Below, piece after piece: positions 39,307 to 49,253 of a stretch of DNA of 64,000 bases. The DNA is from Calditrichia bacterium (GTDB taxonomy: Bacteria; Calditrichota; Calditrichia; RBG-13-44-9; J075). The notes beneath the pieces were generated by a model. The model searched no databases, was not told where the DNA came from, and saw nothing but the letters and a program-made list of their open reading frames with translations. Position 1 is the first letter of the stretch. Each line of letters begins with the position of its first letter. The stretch is from contig JBOEGD010000027.1 in assembly GCA_050633245.1 (NCBI GenBank), positions 104,339 to 168,338 of the forward strand. The letters run 5' to 3'. The translations under genes were made by a program, and so were the position numbers.

Positions 39307-40656
39307 ATGTCAGATAAATTAATTCACATGACGTCCCTGTCCATTCGTAAATGGGACCTTGAACATTATCGTCTTTACCTGGATACCTGGCAGGTAGCAT
39401 TGGGCGAAGAACATGCGCTTTCGCTTGAGATTGGCATAGCGAAACCATCAGATATGCTTAAAGATTTTTTGAACACTATTCAACAATCTGCAAAAGAACT
39501 ATTCTCAACGAATGGCAAAGCTTCCAAAATAAAAATTGAAAATGAAGCGCTGGTAAAATCGAGATTATTAGCTTGGTTCAAGCGCATAAATTCTGAGCTA
39601 AATAATCCGAAGCGAAAAAAAGACCAGCCCAAAATGATCTTTACCACTTACCAGGACGTCTATCCTGAGGGTGAAGATATTAAGAGCCTTGATAAGAAGA
39701 CACAATCTCATGTAATGTTGAGCTGGGCTCGCAAGTATTACGAAAAAGGTGACTATAAGAAAGCGATTGATCCACTACGTCGCCTTATTAAAGCGGTGCC
39801 TGATTTTGGCCTTGCACACAAGTGGCTTGCCCGTTCTTTAAAGAAAGTTCGCAAGTACGATGAAGCAATGCGACAATATGAAAAATATGTTGAGGTTGAA
39901 AACTCGCTCGATGCGTGGTTGGATCTGGCGAAGTCTTACCGAAAAGGCAAAGTCTTCGACAAAAGCGAAGAGATTTATCAAAAGATCTTGAAAGATAATC
40001 CGCAGGAAAAAGAAGCGTTGATTGGGCTCGCACAAATTCACTACGCGCAAAAAGACGATCGTTACTCTGTAATTCTGGATGACCTCGGTAAAGTAGATCT
40101 GGACTGGCTGCAGGACTGGCTGAGAGACGAATTCAACTTTCGTATTTACCTATCCGAAAAAACACCTCTCTCCCCTATTCAAGCGGCCAAGTTTCTCGGT
40201 TACACGCGCGTTTTCGACTTAACAGAAAAGGCCTTCAAGAATGATGTGCCGTCCCATTTTAATCCGGCGCGTGCCCGCGTTAGTTTTTACCGCGAGGAAT
40301 TAGAGAATTGGGCAGCTGTAATGAATCGCTTTTCATGTCTGGATGAGCCGATAAAGCTGTATCCTGAAAAGATCAATCGCGATGACCCGAATCTGGAGAT
40401 GCCGGATAGCAACACAATCAGTCGCATTACCCAACCGCTTGCTCAGGAAACAGAAGCTCCTGTAACAAAAGTTGAGGACATCCTTGCGCATATTCGTGCG
40501 CGAAAGGCTGAGCGGCTGGCAATGCAAGAGAGCAATGAGCCGTTAATGGAACCAGCCGATGGGCAAAGCAGTCAGCCGCAGCTGGTACATGATAGCACAG
40601 CGCCTCCAAAACGAGCTCGTAAATCCCCTGCAAAAAAGCGAGTGGCCAACTCATAA
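39307..40656 (+). CDS. TPR-repeat protein with probable excisionase/MerR-type HTH domain
   Basis: TPR helices at about aa 135-250; LSPIQAAKFLG...VP......RVSFYREELENW resembles HTH_17; AGGAG RBS. Confidence 0.72.
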   Translation: MSDKLIHMTSLSIRKWDLEHYRLYLDTWQVALGEEHALSLEIGIAKPSDMLKDFLNTIQQSAKELFSTNGKASKIKIENEALVKSRLLAWFKRINSELNNPKRKKDQPKMIFTTYQDVYPEGEDIKSLDKKTQSHVMLSWARKYYEKGDYKKAIDPLRRLIKAVPDFGLAHKWLARSLKKVRKYDEAMRQYEKYVEVENSLDAWLDLAKSYRKGKVFDKSEEIYQKILKDNPQEKEALIGLAQIHYAQKDDRYSVILDDLGKVDLDWLQDWLRDEFNFRIYLSEKTPLSPIQAAKFLGYTRVFDLTEKAFKNDVPSHFNPARARVSFYREELENWAAVMNRFSCLDEPIKLYPEKINRDDPNLEMPDSNTISRITQPLAQETEAPVTKVEDILAHIRARKAERLAMQESNEPLMEPADGQSSQPQLVHDSTAPPKRARKSPAKKRVANS

Positions 40657-40671
40657 CGTTTTTTCGTAGCA

Positions 40672-40719
40672 TTATAAAAAAGCCCGCTGTGGATTTTTCC
40701 ACAGCGGGCTTTTTTATAA
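40672..40719. terminator. Bidirectional intrinsic terminator
   Basis: 22-bp perfect inverted repeat TTATAAAAAAGCCCGCTGTGGA, loop TTTT, TCCACAGCGGGCTTTTTTATAA, between convergent genes. Confidence 0.93.
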
Positions 40720-40879
40720 ATAAACTTCAGGTCAATTAACGCACCGCGATTTCTTCTTTACAGACTTCCACTTAGACCTTTTCGACAAAGAGTCTGCCTA
40801 AAAAGCGGATTTAAGAACTATTCAGACACTTTAACCATGGAGTAGAGTGCTCACATTATGAGTTATCTTCCTTAGTAGA

Positions 40880-41572
40880 CTAACTAATAACTTTTACTGC
40901 GATAAGTGACTTGGTTAGCCCAGCAGTTTTTTCTTCGATCACTTTACCTTCGGGAAATAGAGTAGCCATTTCTTTTTTATCAAGTAAATTCCAGTCCGGG
41001 CTTGTTTTCTTTACCCAAAATGAATTCACCACTCGCAATACCGGGATGAGAACAGGCCGCGGTAACCAGGCAATAAATGGTAACCAGGTGTGGCTTTCAA
41101 TAATAAAATTGCGATACGGTGTTTGTACAAAATATTGTTTTCCTAAGCGTCTTACTTCCCTGGCAAACTCCTGTTGACGACTAAATGCACGTTCGCGAAA
41201 TTCTTTGCCTGATTTGATTTGCCAAACCTGCTCTTTTGGGACTGTAACATGTTCAATAACAGAAGAGCAGTAAACGATATCAAAAAAGTGTTCTTCAAAA
41301 GGCAAGGCACCAGACTCGGTTATTTCAACCGGAGTAAACCCATATAACCTCTGTCCTTTTTTTACTGCCTCTGCACTAATGTCAGCAATAAAAACATTTT
41401 GGGGAAGAATTTCAGTTCCAGATATTACGCTGTGGATATGAGAACCATATTCTGAGCCTAAATCAAGGATCTTGGTCGAAGAGGAGATGTCAAAGTGCTG
41501 GCTGAAAATTCTAATACGTTTTTCTCTGAATGATTTTGATGCCTTCAATGCGAGGTTCTTAAAAAAACTCAT
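40880..41572 (-). CDS. Class I SAM-dependent methyltransferase
   Basis: Motifs ILDLG, LPF....FDIVYCSSVIEHV and VQTP. Confidence 0.85.
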   Translation of the reverse strand: MSFFKNLALKASKSFREKRIRIFSQHFDISSSTKILDLGSEYGSHIHSVISGTEILPQNVFIADISAEAVKKGQRLYGFTPVEITESGALPFEEHFFDIVYCSSVIEHVTVPKEQVWQIKSGKEFRERAFSRQQEFAREVRRLGKQYFVQTPYRNFIIESHTWLPFIAWLPRPVLIPVLRVVNSFWVKKTSPDWNLLDKKEMATLFPEGKVIEEKTAGLTKSLIAVKVIS

Positions 41573-41616
41573 GTTTCCTCATTTTTTGTATGTAGACAGG
41601 TAAAAACCGAACGAGT

Positions 41617-42174
41617 TTAGCCTCTCACTAAAAGAACTGTCAATTTTTCCGGGCCGTGAACACCTAAAACCAGTTTTTTTTCAATGTCAGCTGTTCGGCT
41701 TGGCCCGGTAAACAAAAACGGCTTTGAAGAATTTTTATCGATAAATTCATAAAGTTTCACCAGGCTTGATAATATCTTTTCCTCTTCTATAACGACGATG
41801 ACTGCCGGTGGCAGAAGTGTAAGCAAGCGACTTTTATGTGTTGGCTCTAAAAAAACAATTGTTCCGGTATCAGCTAATAAATAGTCTGCGGTTGTAATAG
41901 CTAATTCACAATCCGCAATCTGCTTTTTAAACTGTTTCCTCTCTTGCCTTGTCATGGAATTTGCAGAAACACGAACGATTTTCGCTTCGCAAGAGTCCAT
42001 TACCACTTGAACACTATCTTCAGTTGCAAGAATACCCGCCTCATGGAGTGCAATAGCTGTATTGCAGGATGAAACCATCTCTCGTAGCGTCTCACCTAAC
42101 TCAGCTTTTGATCGTGTAAGAACACTTCCCTTTAGCTCAGTAAGACGAGTGATAATGTGTTCAACACTACTCAT
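41617..42174 (-). CDS. lutC: LUD-domain lactate utilization protein C (LutC/YkgG)
   Basis: Motifs LADTGT, SRLLTLLP and TGPSRTADIEKKLVLGVHGP. Confidence 0.88.
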   Translation of the reverse strand: MSSVEHIITRLTELKGSVLTRSKAELGETLREMVSSCNTAIALHEAGILATEDSVQVVMDSCEAKIVRVSANSMTRQERKQFKKQIADCELAITTADYLLADTGTIVFLEPTHKSRLLTLLPPAVIVVIEEEKILSSLVKLYEFIDKNSSKPFLFTGPSRTADIEKKLVLGVHGPEKLTVLLVRG

Positions 42175-43567
42175 TAGTATCTCGGTCTGTCTGTAATTCT
42201 CTCCACAGCTCTTTAAACGAAGAAGCGGGTGGCTGTGGGAGGTTTCGCGAGCTGGACCATCCAGGAACTTTAAGTTTGCTGCCGAGTAATCTTTGCAATC
42301 CTTTTCCCAAGCCTATCAAACGGGAAAAAGACCTGGAAGAGGAGGCTGAATTAACGAAAGCCTTCATTCCAAATGCCTCCAGATTTGGCTGTAGCCCGGC
42401 CTCAACCACTTGTTCACGTTGATATAACAGCAACTCATGTAAAGGAATCTTTACCGGGCAAACCTCGCTGCAGGTTCCACAAAGTGAGGATGCAAATGGT
42501 AAATCCTTTGCCTTTTCAAGGCCTAAAAGGCTTGGTGTTATTACAGCACCAATTGGTCCCTGATAGACCCAACCGTAGGCATGTCCGCCAATGTTTTGAT
42601 AAATTGGACAGGAATTATAGCAGGCACCGCAGCGGATACAGTGCAGAGCCTCCTTCAGCCGCTTATCGGCGAGCAGCTTACTGCGTCCATTGTCAACAAT
42701 AATATAGTACACCTTTTCAGGACCATCCGGGTGCTCCTCACTAACGGGGCCACCAAAGGTGGAGATGAAGCTGGTCAGGCGTTGCCCCGTACTGCTGCGA
42801 CACAGCAACGGCAAAAAGAGACCCAGATCCTGCATTTGAGGAATTAAGCGTTCCATACCGATAAAAGCTACGTGAATATCTGGTAAGGAAGCACATAATC
42901 TCGCGTTTCCTTCATTCTCAACAACTGTAATGCAGCCGTTCTCGACAATGCCGAAATTCGCTCCGGTAATCCCCATATCCGCTTGTAGAAATTCTTTGCG
43001 CAAACGTTCACGAGCGGCTCGTGTTAGCGTTTCAGGATCATCGGAGTAAGGTATGCCAAGATACTTCTGAAAAATCTTTCCAATTTCCTGTCGAGATAAG
43101 TGAATTGCCGGGCCTGTAAGATGGGATGGTGGATCGCCATTGAGTTGTATGATATATTCACCAAGATCAGTCTCAACCACGCTTATGTCGAGCGATTGAA
43201 GATAGTCATTCAAACCGATCTCTTCTGTAAGCATGGATTTTGACTTAACCACACGCTTTACATTATTTTCTTGCGCAATTATTCCAGCAAGCTCCACGGC
43301 TTCTTTTGCACTGCTCGCACGTTGTACACTAATCCCCTGAGATTCAGCTTGTTCTATGAATTGCTCAAGATAGACTTCCAGATTGTCTACAACTTCCTTC
43401 TTTATTTGTCTGGCCTGTTCGCGCGATGCATGCCAGTCTATCTCAGCAATCACCTTTTCGCGCTTATTCATCGATAGCCACGTGGCTCGATCTACATTTT
43501 GACGCATGGTTGAATTGTTAAGATGTGATGGAAGGTCTTCTTTGAAAAGATGAGAGCGGCTTTGCAT
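42167..43567 (-). CDS. lutB: Lactate utilization Fe-S protein B (LutB/YkgF)
   Basis: Motifs KSKSMLTEE, ETDLGEYI, ENEGN, CIRCGACYNSCP and SSLCGTCSEVCPVKI. Confidence 0.93.
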   Translation of the reverse strand: MQSRSHLFKEDLPSHLNNSTMRQNVDRATWLSMNKREKVIAEIDWHASREQARQIKKEVVDNLEVYLEQFIEQAESQGISVQRASSAKEAVELAGIIAQENNVKRVVKSKSMLTEEIGLNDYLQSLDISVVETDLGEYIIQLNGDPPSHLTGPAIHLSRQEIGKIFQKYLGIPYSDDPETLTRAARERLRKEFLQADMGITGANFGIVENGCITVVENEGNARLCASLPDIHVAFIGMERLIPQMQDLGLFLPLLCRSSTGQRLTSFISTFGGPVSEEHPDGPEKVYYIIVDNGRSKLLADKRLKEALHCIRCGACYNSCPIYQNIGGHAYGWVYQGPIGAVITPSLLGLEKAKDLPFASSLCGTCSEVCPVKIPLHELLLYQREQVVEAGLQPNLEAFGMKAFVNSASSSRSFSRLIGLGKGLQRLLGSKLKVPGWSSSRNLPQPPASSFKELWRELQTDRDTNE

Positions 43568-43718
43568 GGATTAGATCTACTTGTTATGGTTTTGGGAGGA
43601 GCAGATACACAAACACGCTGAGTGTCTGGGCAAAAAGAAACAATCGTCTCATTGTACTTGATGTTTACAAAGCAAAAGGTCGAAATCGGTTTAGTTGAGT
43701 GACGAAAGCAAGAATATC

Positions 43719-45137
43719 CTAGTAGGCGCCTTTGCAGAATACCACAATCGGGATAGTTTTAACAATGATCTTCAGATCAAGCCAAAACGACCAGTTGTCA
43801 ATATATTTCAGATCGAGTCTCATCCATTCCTCGAAGCCGATATTACTGCGCCCTGAAATTTGCCAGACACAGGTAATGCCAGGCCTCATGGATAAACGAC
43901 GGCGCTGCCAGCTTTCATAATTATTCACTTCCGATGGAACAGGTGGTCGCGGGCCAACCACACTCATTTCACCTTTTAATACATTGATGAACTGTGGAAA
44001 TTCATCCAGACTGGACTTACGAAGCCACTTGCCAACCCATGTTACGCGCGGGTCATTTTTCATTTTAAACACCGGCCCGCTAACTTCATTCATCCCGGCG
44101 AGATTGGCTTTCAGCACCTCCGCATCCTGCACCATCGTACGAAACTTAAGCATGGGAAAACGTCTGCCATTTAATCCACAACGTTCCTGGATAAAGAAGA
44201 TTGGTCCTTCAGAAGTAATCTTAATCAGTAGACTGATAATTAAGAAGAACGGGGAGAATAACAATAAGATAATTGATGCAACAACAATGTCCAGCGCACG
44301 TTTAAGGAGCAGCGGCATCAGATTATTTGGAGTAGAGGTAAATGTCAACATCGGCAAACCATTCAGATGTTCGACGGAGGTTTGTGCTATCAGCATGCGG
44401 AAGAAGTTTGAGAGCAACCGAACCGTTACACCGACTTCTTCACAAACATCGATAATACTCTGAATATTGTCCATCTTTTTAAAAGGAACAGCACAAACCA
44501 CTTCATCTATCGGATAAGCTTGTAGAATCTCGTGCAAATCCGTATCTGTTCCCAGGATTTCATAGCCATAGCGATACTGCCCGACAGTTGTTGTGTCTTT
44601 ATCAATCAAACCCACAACACGAATCCCCATTAGCTCTTGTTGATGAATAGTATCGAGAAATTCCTGGGCCTTCTTTCCACTTCCAACAATAAGCACATTG
44701 CGCTTACTATAACCATTTTTTCGCAAGTAATGGATAATATTTTGCAGTAAAATTTTGTTAAAAGTAATCATCAACGTGGCCATACCGCCATATAGAAAAA
44801 TCAGAATGCGGCTGACTGACTGAAATTTCAGAACAAAAAAGACAACCAAAATAGAGATGATAACCATCGCCATGGTCTTTGCAGAGTTTTTAAGGATTTG
44901 CCAAATGCTCTTAAAACGGACTGAATCGAACATCTTAAATTCCTGTCCCCAGAAATAATAGAGGAATGGAATAAAAACGAGGGTAATAAAGATTTCGTCG
45001 GTAACGCGTAGTCCGCGAACATTAATTGGCAGGAAATTGGTCTTGATCATATACGCGATATAAAGGGCAACAGAGTTCGCAGCCAAGTCCCAGAAGATAT
45101 AAACACGCCGTATTAGCGCTTGTCGTTCTCTAATCAT
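43719..45137 (-). CDS. Undecaprenyl-phosphate sugar-1-phosphate transferase (WcaJ/CpsE-like priming transferase)
   Basis: N-terminal TMs; KRALD, KFRTM, DPRVT.VG..LRK.SLDEFPQ, SVVGPRP and RPGIT..WQ. Confidence 0.95.
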   Translation of the reverse strand: MIRERQALIRRVYIFWDLAANSVALYIAYMIKTNFLPINVRGLRVTDEIFITLVFIPFLYYFWGQEFKMFDSVRFKSIWQILKNSAKTMAMVIISILVVFFVLKFQSVSRILIFLYGGMATLMITFNKILLQNIIHYLRKNGYSKRNVLIVGSGKKAQEFLDTIHQQELMGIRVVGLIDKDTTTVGQYRYGYEILGTDTDLHEILQAYPIDEVVCAVPFKKMDNIQSIIDVCEEVGVTVRLLSNFFRMLIAQTSVEHLNGLPMLTFTSTPNNLMPLLLKRALDIVVASIILLLFSPFFLIISLLIKITSEGPIFFIQERCGLNGRRFPMLKFRTMVQDAEVLKANLAGMNEVSGPVFKMKNDPRVTWVGKWLRKSSLDEFPQFINVLKGEMSVVGPRPPVPSEVNNYESWQRRRLSMRPGITCVWQISGRSNIGFEEWMRLDLKYIDNWSFWLDLKIIVKTIPIVVFCKGAY

Positions 45138-45256
45138 AATTCGATTCCGTTAAAGTCCCTTTGGGGCAACATGACGTATGCAATATGCAGTTCATAGTGC
45201 AAATTCGTTTGCGGGATATCACGCAGTTGTGTGACTATTTTTCAAAGACTCGTAAT

Positions 45257-46051
45257 TTAATCGCTTCTCTTCGGAAAAAAAAACCTCTTTATTTTCTCCT
45301 TAAAAACCAGATAAAGAAATAAAGAATTGGTTCTGGCATAGCGTTTCCACATACGCCCTGGTTCCTGATACACTCTGTAGAGCCATTCAAGTCCGGACTG
45401 TTGCATCCACACCGGGGCACGCTGTGTTTTCCCCGCGACAATATCAAAGCTCCCACCAACTCCCATGCAAAAAGGAACTGCCATTTGCTGAAGATACTTG
45501 TTAATAAAGATTTCTTTCATTGGCGAACTTATACCAAGAAGAAGAATATCTGCTTTTGATTCTTTAATACTCTCGACAATTGTCATTTCTTCTTTAGCTG
45601 AGAAGTAGCCATGATGCCCTAATATTTGAAGGCCTGGGTATCGGGATTTATAGATGCGCAAAACACGGTTATTGACTTCACTTGTAGCACCGAGGCAATA
45701 CACCCGCCATCCTTTAGTCGCTGCTTCCACAATGAGGCGCTGCATCAAATCGACTCCCGCCACCCGCTCTTTCAGCGGTGTACCAAGAATCCGCGATGCC
45801 CATACCACGGCCTGCCCATCGGCATTTATAAGATCGGCCTCATTGATAATACCTCGTATTTTTGAGTCACCATGCGCCTGCACAGTCTTAAGAGCATTTA
45901 TAACGACATGTTGGATGATCTGGCGACTTGCAATAACGTCTGTAATCTTCAGGATCGTTTCTTCCATAGTTAGATTGTCAATTGGTAATCCAAGGAAGTC
46001 GACTCTTTCCTGACGTGCTTCTTCTGTTTTGAAATCACTATTTTGTCTCAT
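45257..46051 (-). CDS. WecB/TagA/CpsF-family glycosyltransferase
   Basis: Motifs NADG, ERVAGVDL, HHGYF, GVGGSFD and RAP.WMQ..GLEW.YR...EP.R. Confidence 0.95.
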   Translation of the reverse strand: MRQNSDFKTEEARQERVDFLGLPIDNLTMEETILKITDVIASRQIIQHVVINALKTVQAHGDSKIRGIINEADLINADGQAVVWASRILGTPLKERVAGVDLMQRLIVEAATKGWRVYCLGATSEVNNRVLRIYKSRYPGLQILGHHGYFSAKEEMTIVESIKESKADILLLGISSPMKEIFINKYLQQMAVPFCMGVGGSFDIVAGKTQRAPVWMQQSGLEWLYRVYQEPGRMWKRYARTNSLFLYLVFKEKIKRFFFPKRSD

Positions 46052-46445
46052 TAGCGATAATCCATGGTTTAGACATCAAAAATTGCAGATACATTAAATT
46101 AGCCGGTTTTAGAAAACAAAAGAGTGTCATATCGCAAAGTGCTGAAACAAAAAAAGTGTTTTTAAAATAAACTCGTCGTCAAGCAGGTAGAAATAAAGAG
46201 GAGCGATATGCTTAGATCTGTAACAACGGGGTGTTAAGCAAATAATGATAAAGCTCGAATTACTTTATTTTTGTTTTCGGCGAAGGTGAAGACACCTTGG
46301 GCATAATTCTAACCGACTCCCTTTACTTGAAAACTCCCTAATTTACGTCGTTCAAACTTGCCGATATTACTTTGAATCTAATAAGGTCGTTATGAAGTGC
46401 CTCCGGTACTTTTTAAATCATTTTTATCTGAGCAGTTCGTTTTTT

Positions 46446-46522
46446 GCCCCGACCGCGTCGGGGCGATATATTTATAGCCAAGTAGATAAATTAGATCCCA
46501 CAAGCTTCAGCGGGGCGGCATA
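46446..46522. repeat. REP-like GC-rich palindromes
   Basis: GCCCCGAC-CGC-GTCGGGGC (46446-46464) followed by GATATATTTATAG; degenerate second copy AGCTTCAGCGGGGCGGCATA (46503-46522). Confidence 0.4.
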
Positions 46523-46636
46523 ATTAGTTTAATTTCTCTGATAATCGTTAATTGCCAACACTCTAGTTTAATCTTCTTTTTTAAAGCAGCCGCAAGATAA
46601 AATACACAAAATACAAATAACCTTCTTTTACCTAAT

Positions 46637-47932
46637 CTACGATGTATGAGCGATATTTAGCTTTATAGTTTTAGATTTTTTTAATACACAGCTCTGTAGC
46701 AAACATAAGGATGCAAACAGTTGCGACTGTGTCCAGCGCGGTGTCGGGAAACGCATTTTAATCCCAAACAAGAGTTCACGGGTTACAAAGTAACCTTCAG
46801 GTGTTTGATAGTCCTCTAAGAGCCATTTTCCCAGCCTTTTAGCCGTTTTTAATGCTTCAGGATGGCGGTCTGCCAGCAAGATACCAAGGTTAATCCCTTC
46901 AGCATAATCATACATTTCCTGTTTTACTAACTGCATGCGATTCACATGATAAAAGGGTTTTGGACGAAGCTCCTTGTTCATCAGATTTTGAAGGTAGAAA
47001 TCATAACCTCGGATTACAGCTTTATTAATTTCTGGTAAATTCAAATAGCTATTGGTGTAGATAAGATTTTTTAAAACAATACAGGTATGAAAATTATCAA
47101 TAAACTCATCATGCGGATTTGTTACATCGTATAACCATGCCCCGTCTTCTCGCTGTGCGGCCAGAATAAAGCGACAGTTTTTGCGTGCTTCTTCAAGTAG
47201 CTTCTGATCAGAAAAACGTGTACCAGCATCCGCAAGTATAGTAGCCCTATAAGCATTTGCATTAACAACCGTCGTTGAATCTATTGGAGAATAGCTCGTT
47301 GAGACCGTTCCATTCGGCAAAGTTCTTTTATTGAGATCTTTTAGAGCAAAATTGGCAATCCCACGGCACATATCGGCATACTTTACATCAGACGTTATAT
47401 CAGCTAGTTCTGCAAAAACCTTGTAAACATATGGAGTCGTTGTAATAAACGGCGTACCCTCTGGCCACAGCCCGCGGTTTGTTTGCCAATCGAACGGATA
47501 TCCCCAACATGGCCCCGAATAACCCTCAATAACGTAAGATTCCATTGCCTCGGCTAACTCAACAACTTTTTCGAGCCATATTTTCTCCCCAGTCATTCGG
47601 TATTTCGTAAGGAAAGCAAAGGCATAATGCGCGTCAGCAGTAGCATACCGTTTTTTTTTTGCAACATATTTACGTAATTGCGGCCAAACATAATCTGCAA
47701 AAAAAACAGGAACAACAAACGGAGTTCCAAGATATTTCTTCTCGTGATATAACCCTTTCGCCCATTTACCATATCTTGTTGCCCACAAATCGTAAAGGTC
47801 ATACCCGGCATAGCCATAGCCATCAAGCCACTTCATAAAGAGATCTATTCCATGCCCCAAACTTTTATTCAGAGCTATATCCAAATTGTCATCTACTGGA
47901 AGTTCTTTATCAGTTTTTGGGTTCTTATTCAT
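46637..47932 (-). CDS. Polysaccharide-locus protein, probable (alpha/alpha)6-barrel fold, unknown function
   Basis: Motifs GY.G.CWGYPFDWQ, V.NAN, Q..DG.W.Y, IDNFHT and RW.QS. Confidence 0.6.
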   Translation of the reverse strand: MNKNPKTDKELPVDDNLDIALNKSLGHGIDLFMKWLDGYGYAGYDLYDLWATRYGKWAKGLYHEKKYLGTPFVVPVFFADYVWPQLRKYVAKKKRYATADAHYAFAFLTKYRMTGEKIWLEKVVELAEAMESYVIEGYSGPCWGYPFDWQTNRGLWPEGTPFITTTPYVYKVFAELADITSDVKYADMCRGIANFALKDLNKRTLPNGTVSTSYSPIDSTTVVNANAYRATILADAGTRFSDQKLLEEARKNCRFILAAQREDGAWLYDVTNPHDEFIDNFHTCIVLKNLIYTNSYLNLPEINKAVIRGYDFYLQNLMNKELRPKPFYHVNRMQLVKQEMYDYAEGINLGILLADRHPEALKTAKRLGKWLLEDYQTPEGYFVTRELLFGIKMRFPTPRWTQSQLFASLCLLQSCVLKKSKTIKLNIAHTS

Positions 47933-49074
47933 TTATTAGCCTCCTGTAGCGAAGCATTTTCGTTTATTTTAGCCACTTCTTTGTAAATCTTTCTCAATCG
48001 TTTTGCTACATTTTCTGCAAGAAAGTGTTTCCGGGCATAATCGCTATTATAGTGTCCAACTTCCACCATTTTAGTTGGTGATGACAGCAGCCTATCGCAC
48101 TCTCCTGCGAGCACTTTCGGTTCCAGAGAGTCGGTTAATGCCCCCATTTTACCCGCATCAAAGAAATCTGCTAAACCAGCGACTGGCCGCGTAACAACCG
48201 GTAATCCTGCCGCCATGGCTTCCAAGACCGATGTTGGCATTCCCTCAGGATAATACGTTGGAAAAAGGTAAAGATCAGCCCTTTGGTAGACTCGATACTT
48301 ATCCACTCCGCTTATGTAGCCAGGAAATTGAATCCAGGTGATACCTGCACAAAAATCACGCACTTCTTTCTCGACAGAACCATTTCCTGCAACAATAAGC
48401 TGTAAATCGGGATAGCTTCGTTTGAGAATTCGACAAGTCTCAATTGTTTCAAAAATCCCCTTTTTCCTCTCAAGTCTTGATAGAAAAAGTATGACCGGCT
48501 TTTTTTGCTTTGTAGAGTTATTGTTATCGTTTTTAGATTGCTCAATAAACGCAAAGAGGTCCTTATCAACGAAGGTGGTTTCAAGGTAGACAGGCCGTTC
48601 ATAATCCCACGATTTCAAAACTTGTTTAAACTCGTTTGCCAGAACAGCACTGGCATCTGCTTTTAGCAAAAATTTAAGAAAAAGACGCCATGGGAAATGT
48701 CCACATTTTTTGGCAAAATCAACATGCCAACCGTGAAAAAAAACAAATGTCTTTTTCTTATACAGGTAAGCAAGAAGGATAAAAATACTGTCACGTATTA
48801 ATCCAGCCGGATTAAGAGAAGGGTTACTGTGCACCAGGTCGATAGAATCATTTCTGAGGATTTTTACATATCGCACATAGTCCATTAGAAATCTTTGGAT
48901 TTGTGTGGATCCTTTACGAGAACCCTCTCTACTACCAAGAACAAAGTAGGTAATATTATCACCTAACTTTGGTGTAAGAATTGACAGATAATTAGCAACT
49001 CCTCCACTTTCTTCAAAAGACGGGCCGGTAATCAATACCTTTATCGAAGTTTTACGATTATCTATTGATGACAT
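47929..49074 (-). CDS. Glycosyltransferase family 4
   Basis: Motifs FLSRLE..KG and EGMPTSVLEAMAAGLPVV. Confidence 0.92.
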   Translation of the reverse strand: MSSIDNRKTSIKVLITGPSFEESGGVANYLSILTPKLGDNITYFVLGSREGSRKGSTQIQRFLMDYVRYVKILRNDSIDLVHSNPSLNPAGLIRDSIFILLAYLYKKKTFVFFHGWHVDFAKKCGHFPWRLFLKFLLKADASAVLANEFKQVLKSWDYERPVYLETTFVDKDLFAFIEQSKNDNNNSTKQKKPVILFLSRLERKKGIFETIETCRILKRSYPDLQLIVAGNGSVEKEVRDFCAGITWIQFPGYISGVDKYRVYQRADLYLFPTYYPEGMPTSVLEAMAAGLPVVTRPVAGLADFFDAGKMGALTDSLEPKVLAGECDRLLSSPTKMVEVGHYNSDYARKHFLAENVAKRLRKIYKEVAKINENASLQEANK

Positions 49075-49253
49075 TCACTGTCCTTTCATCACTCTTCCAA
49101 AAATTGTCTAATTGGGTTTACGACTTCTTTCTAAAGACTGCAATAGTGCCTTTTTCCCAATCATATCAAGCAAGAATGCATACTAGCGAAAATCCCTTGT
49201 AGCGTTGTGTATTCAGGTTGGCAATGAGCCACTCAATATGAATGAACTGTTTA

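Noticed and set aside
46338-46409. Minus-strand fragment VPEALHNDLIRFKVISASLNDVN, faintly like a HicB ribbon-helix-helix
   Set aside because: It is too short and has no start codon or partner toxin, so it cannot be distinguished from chance.
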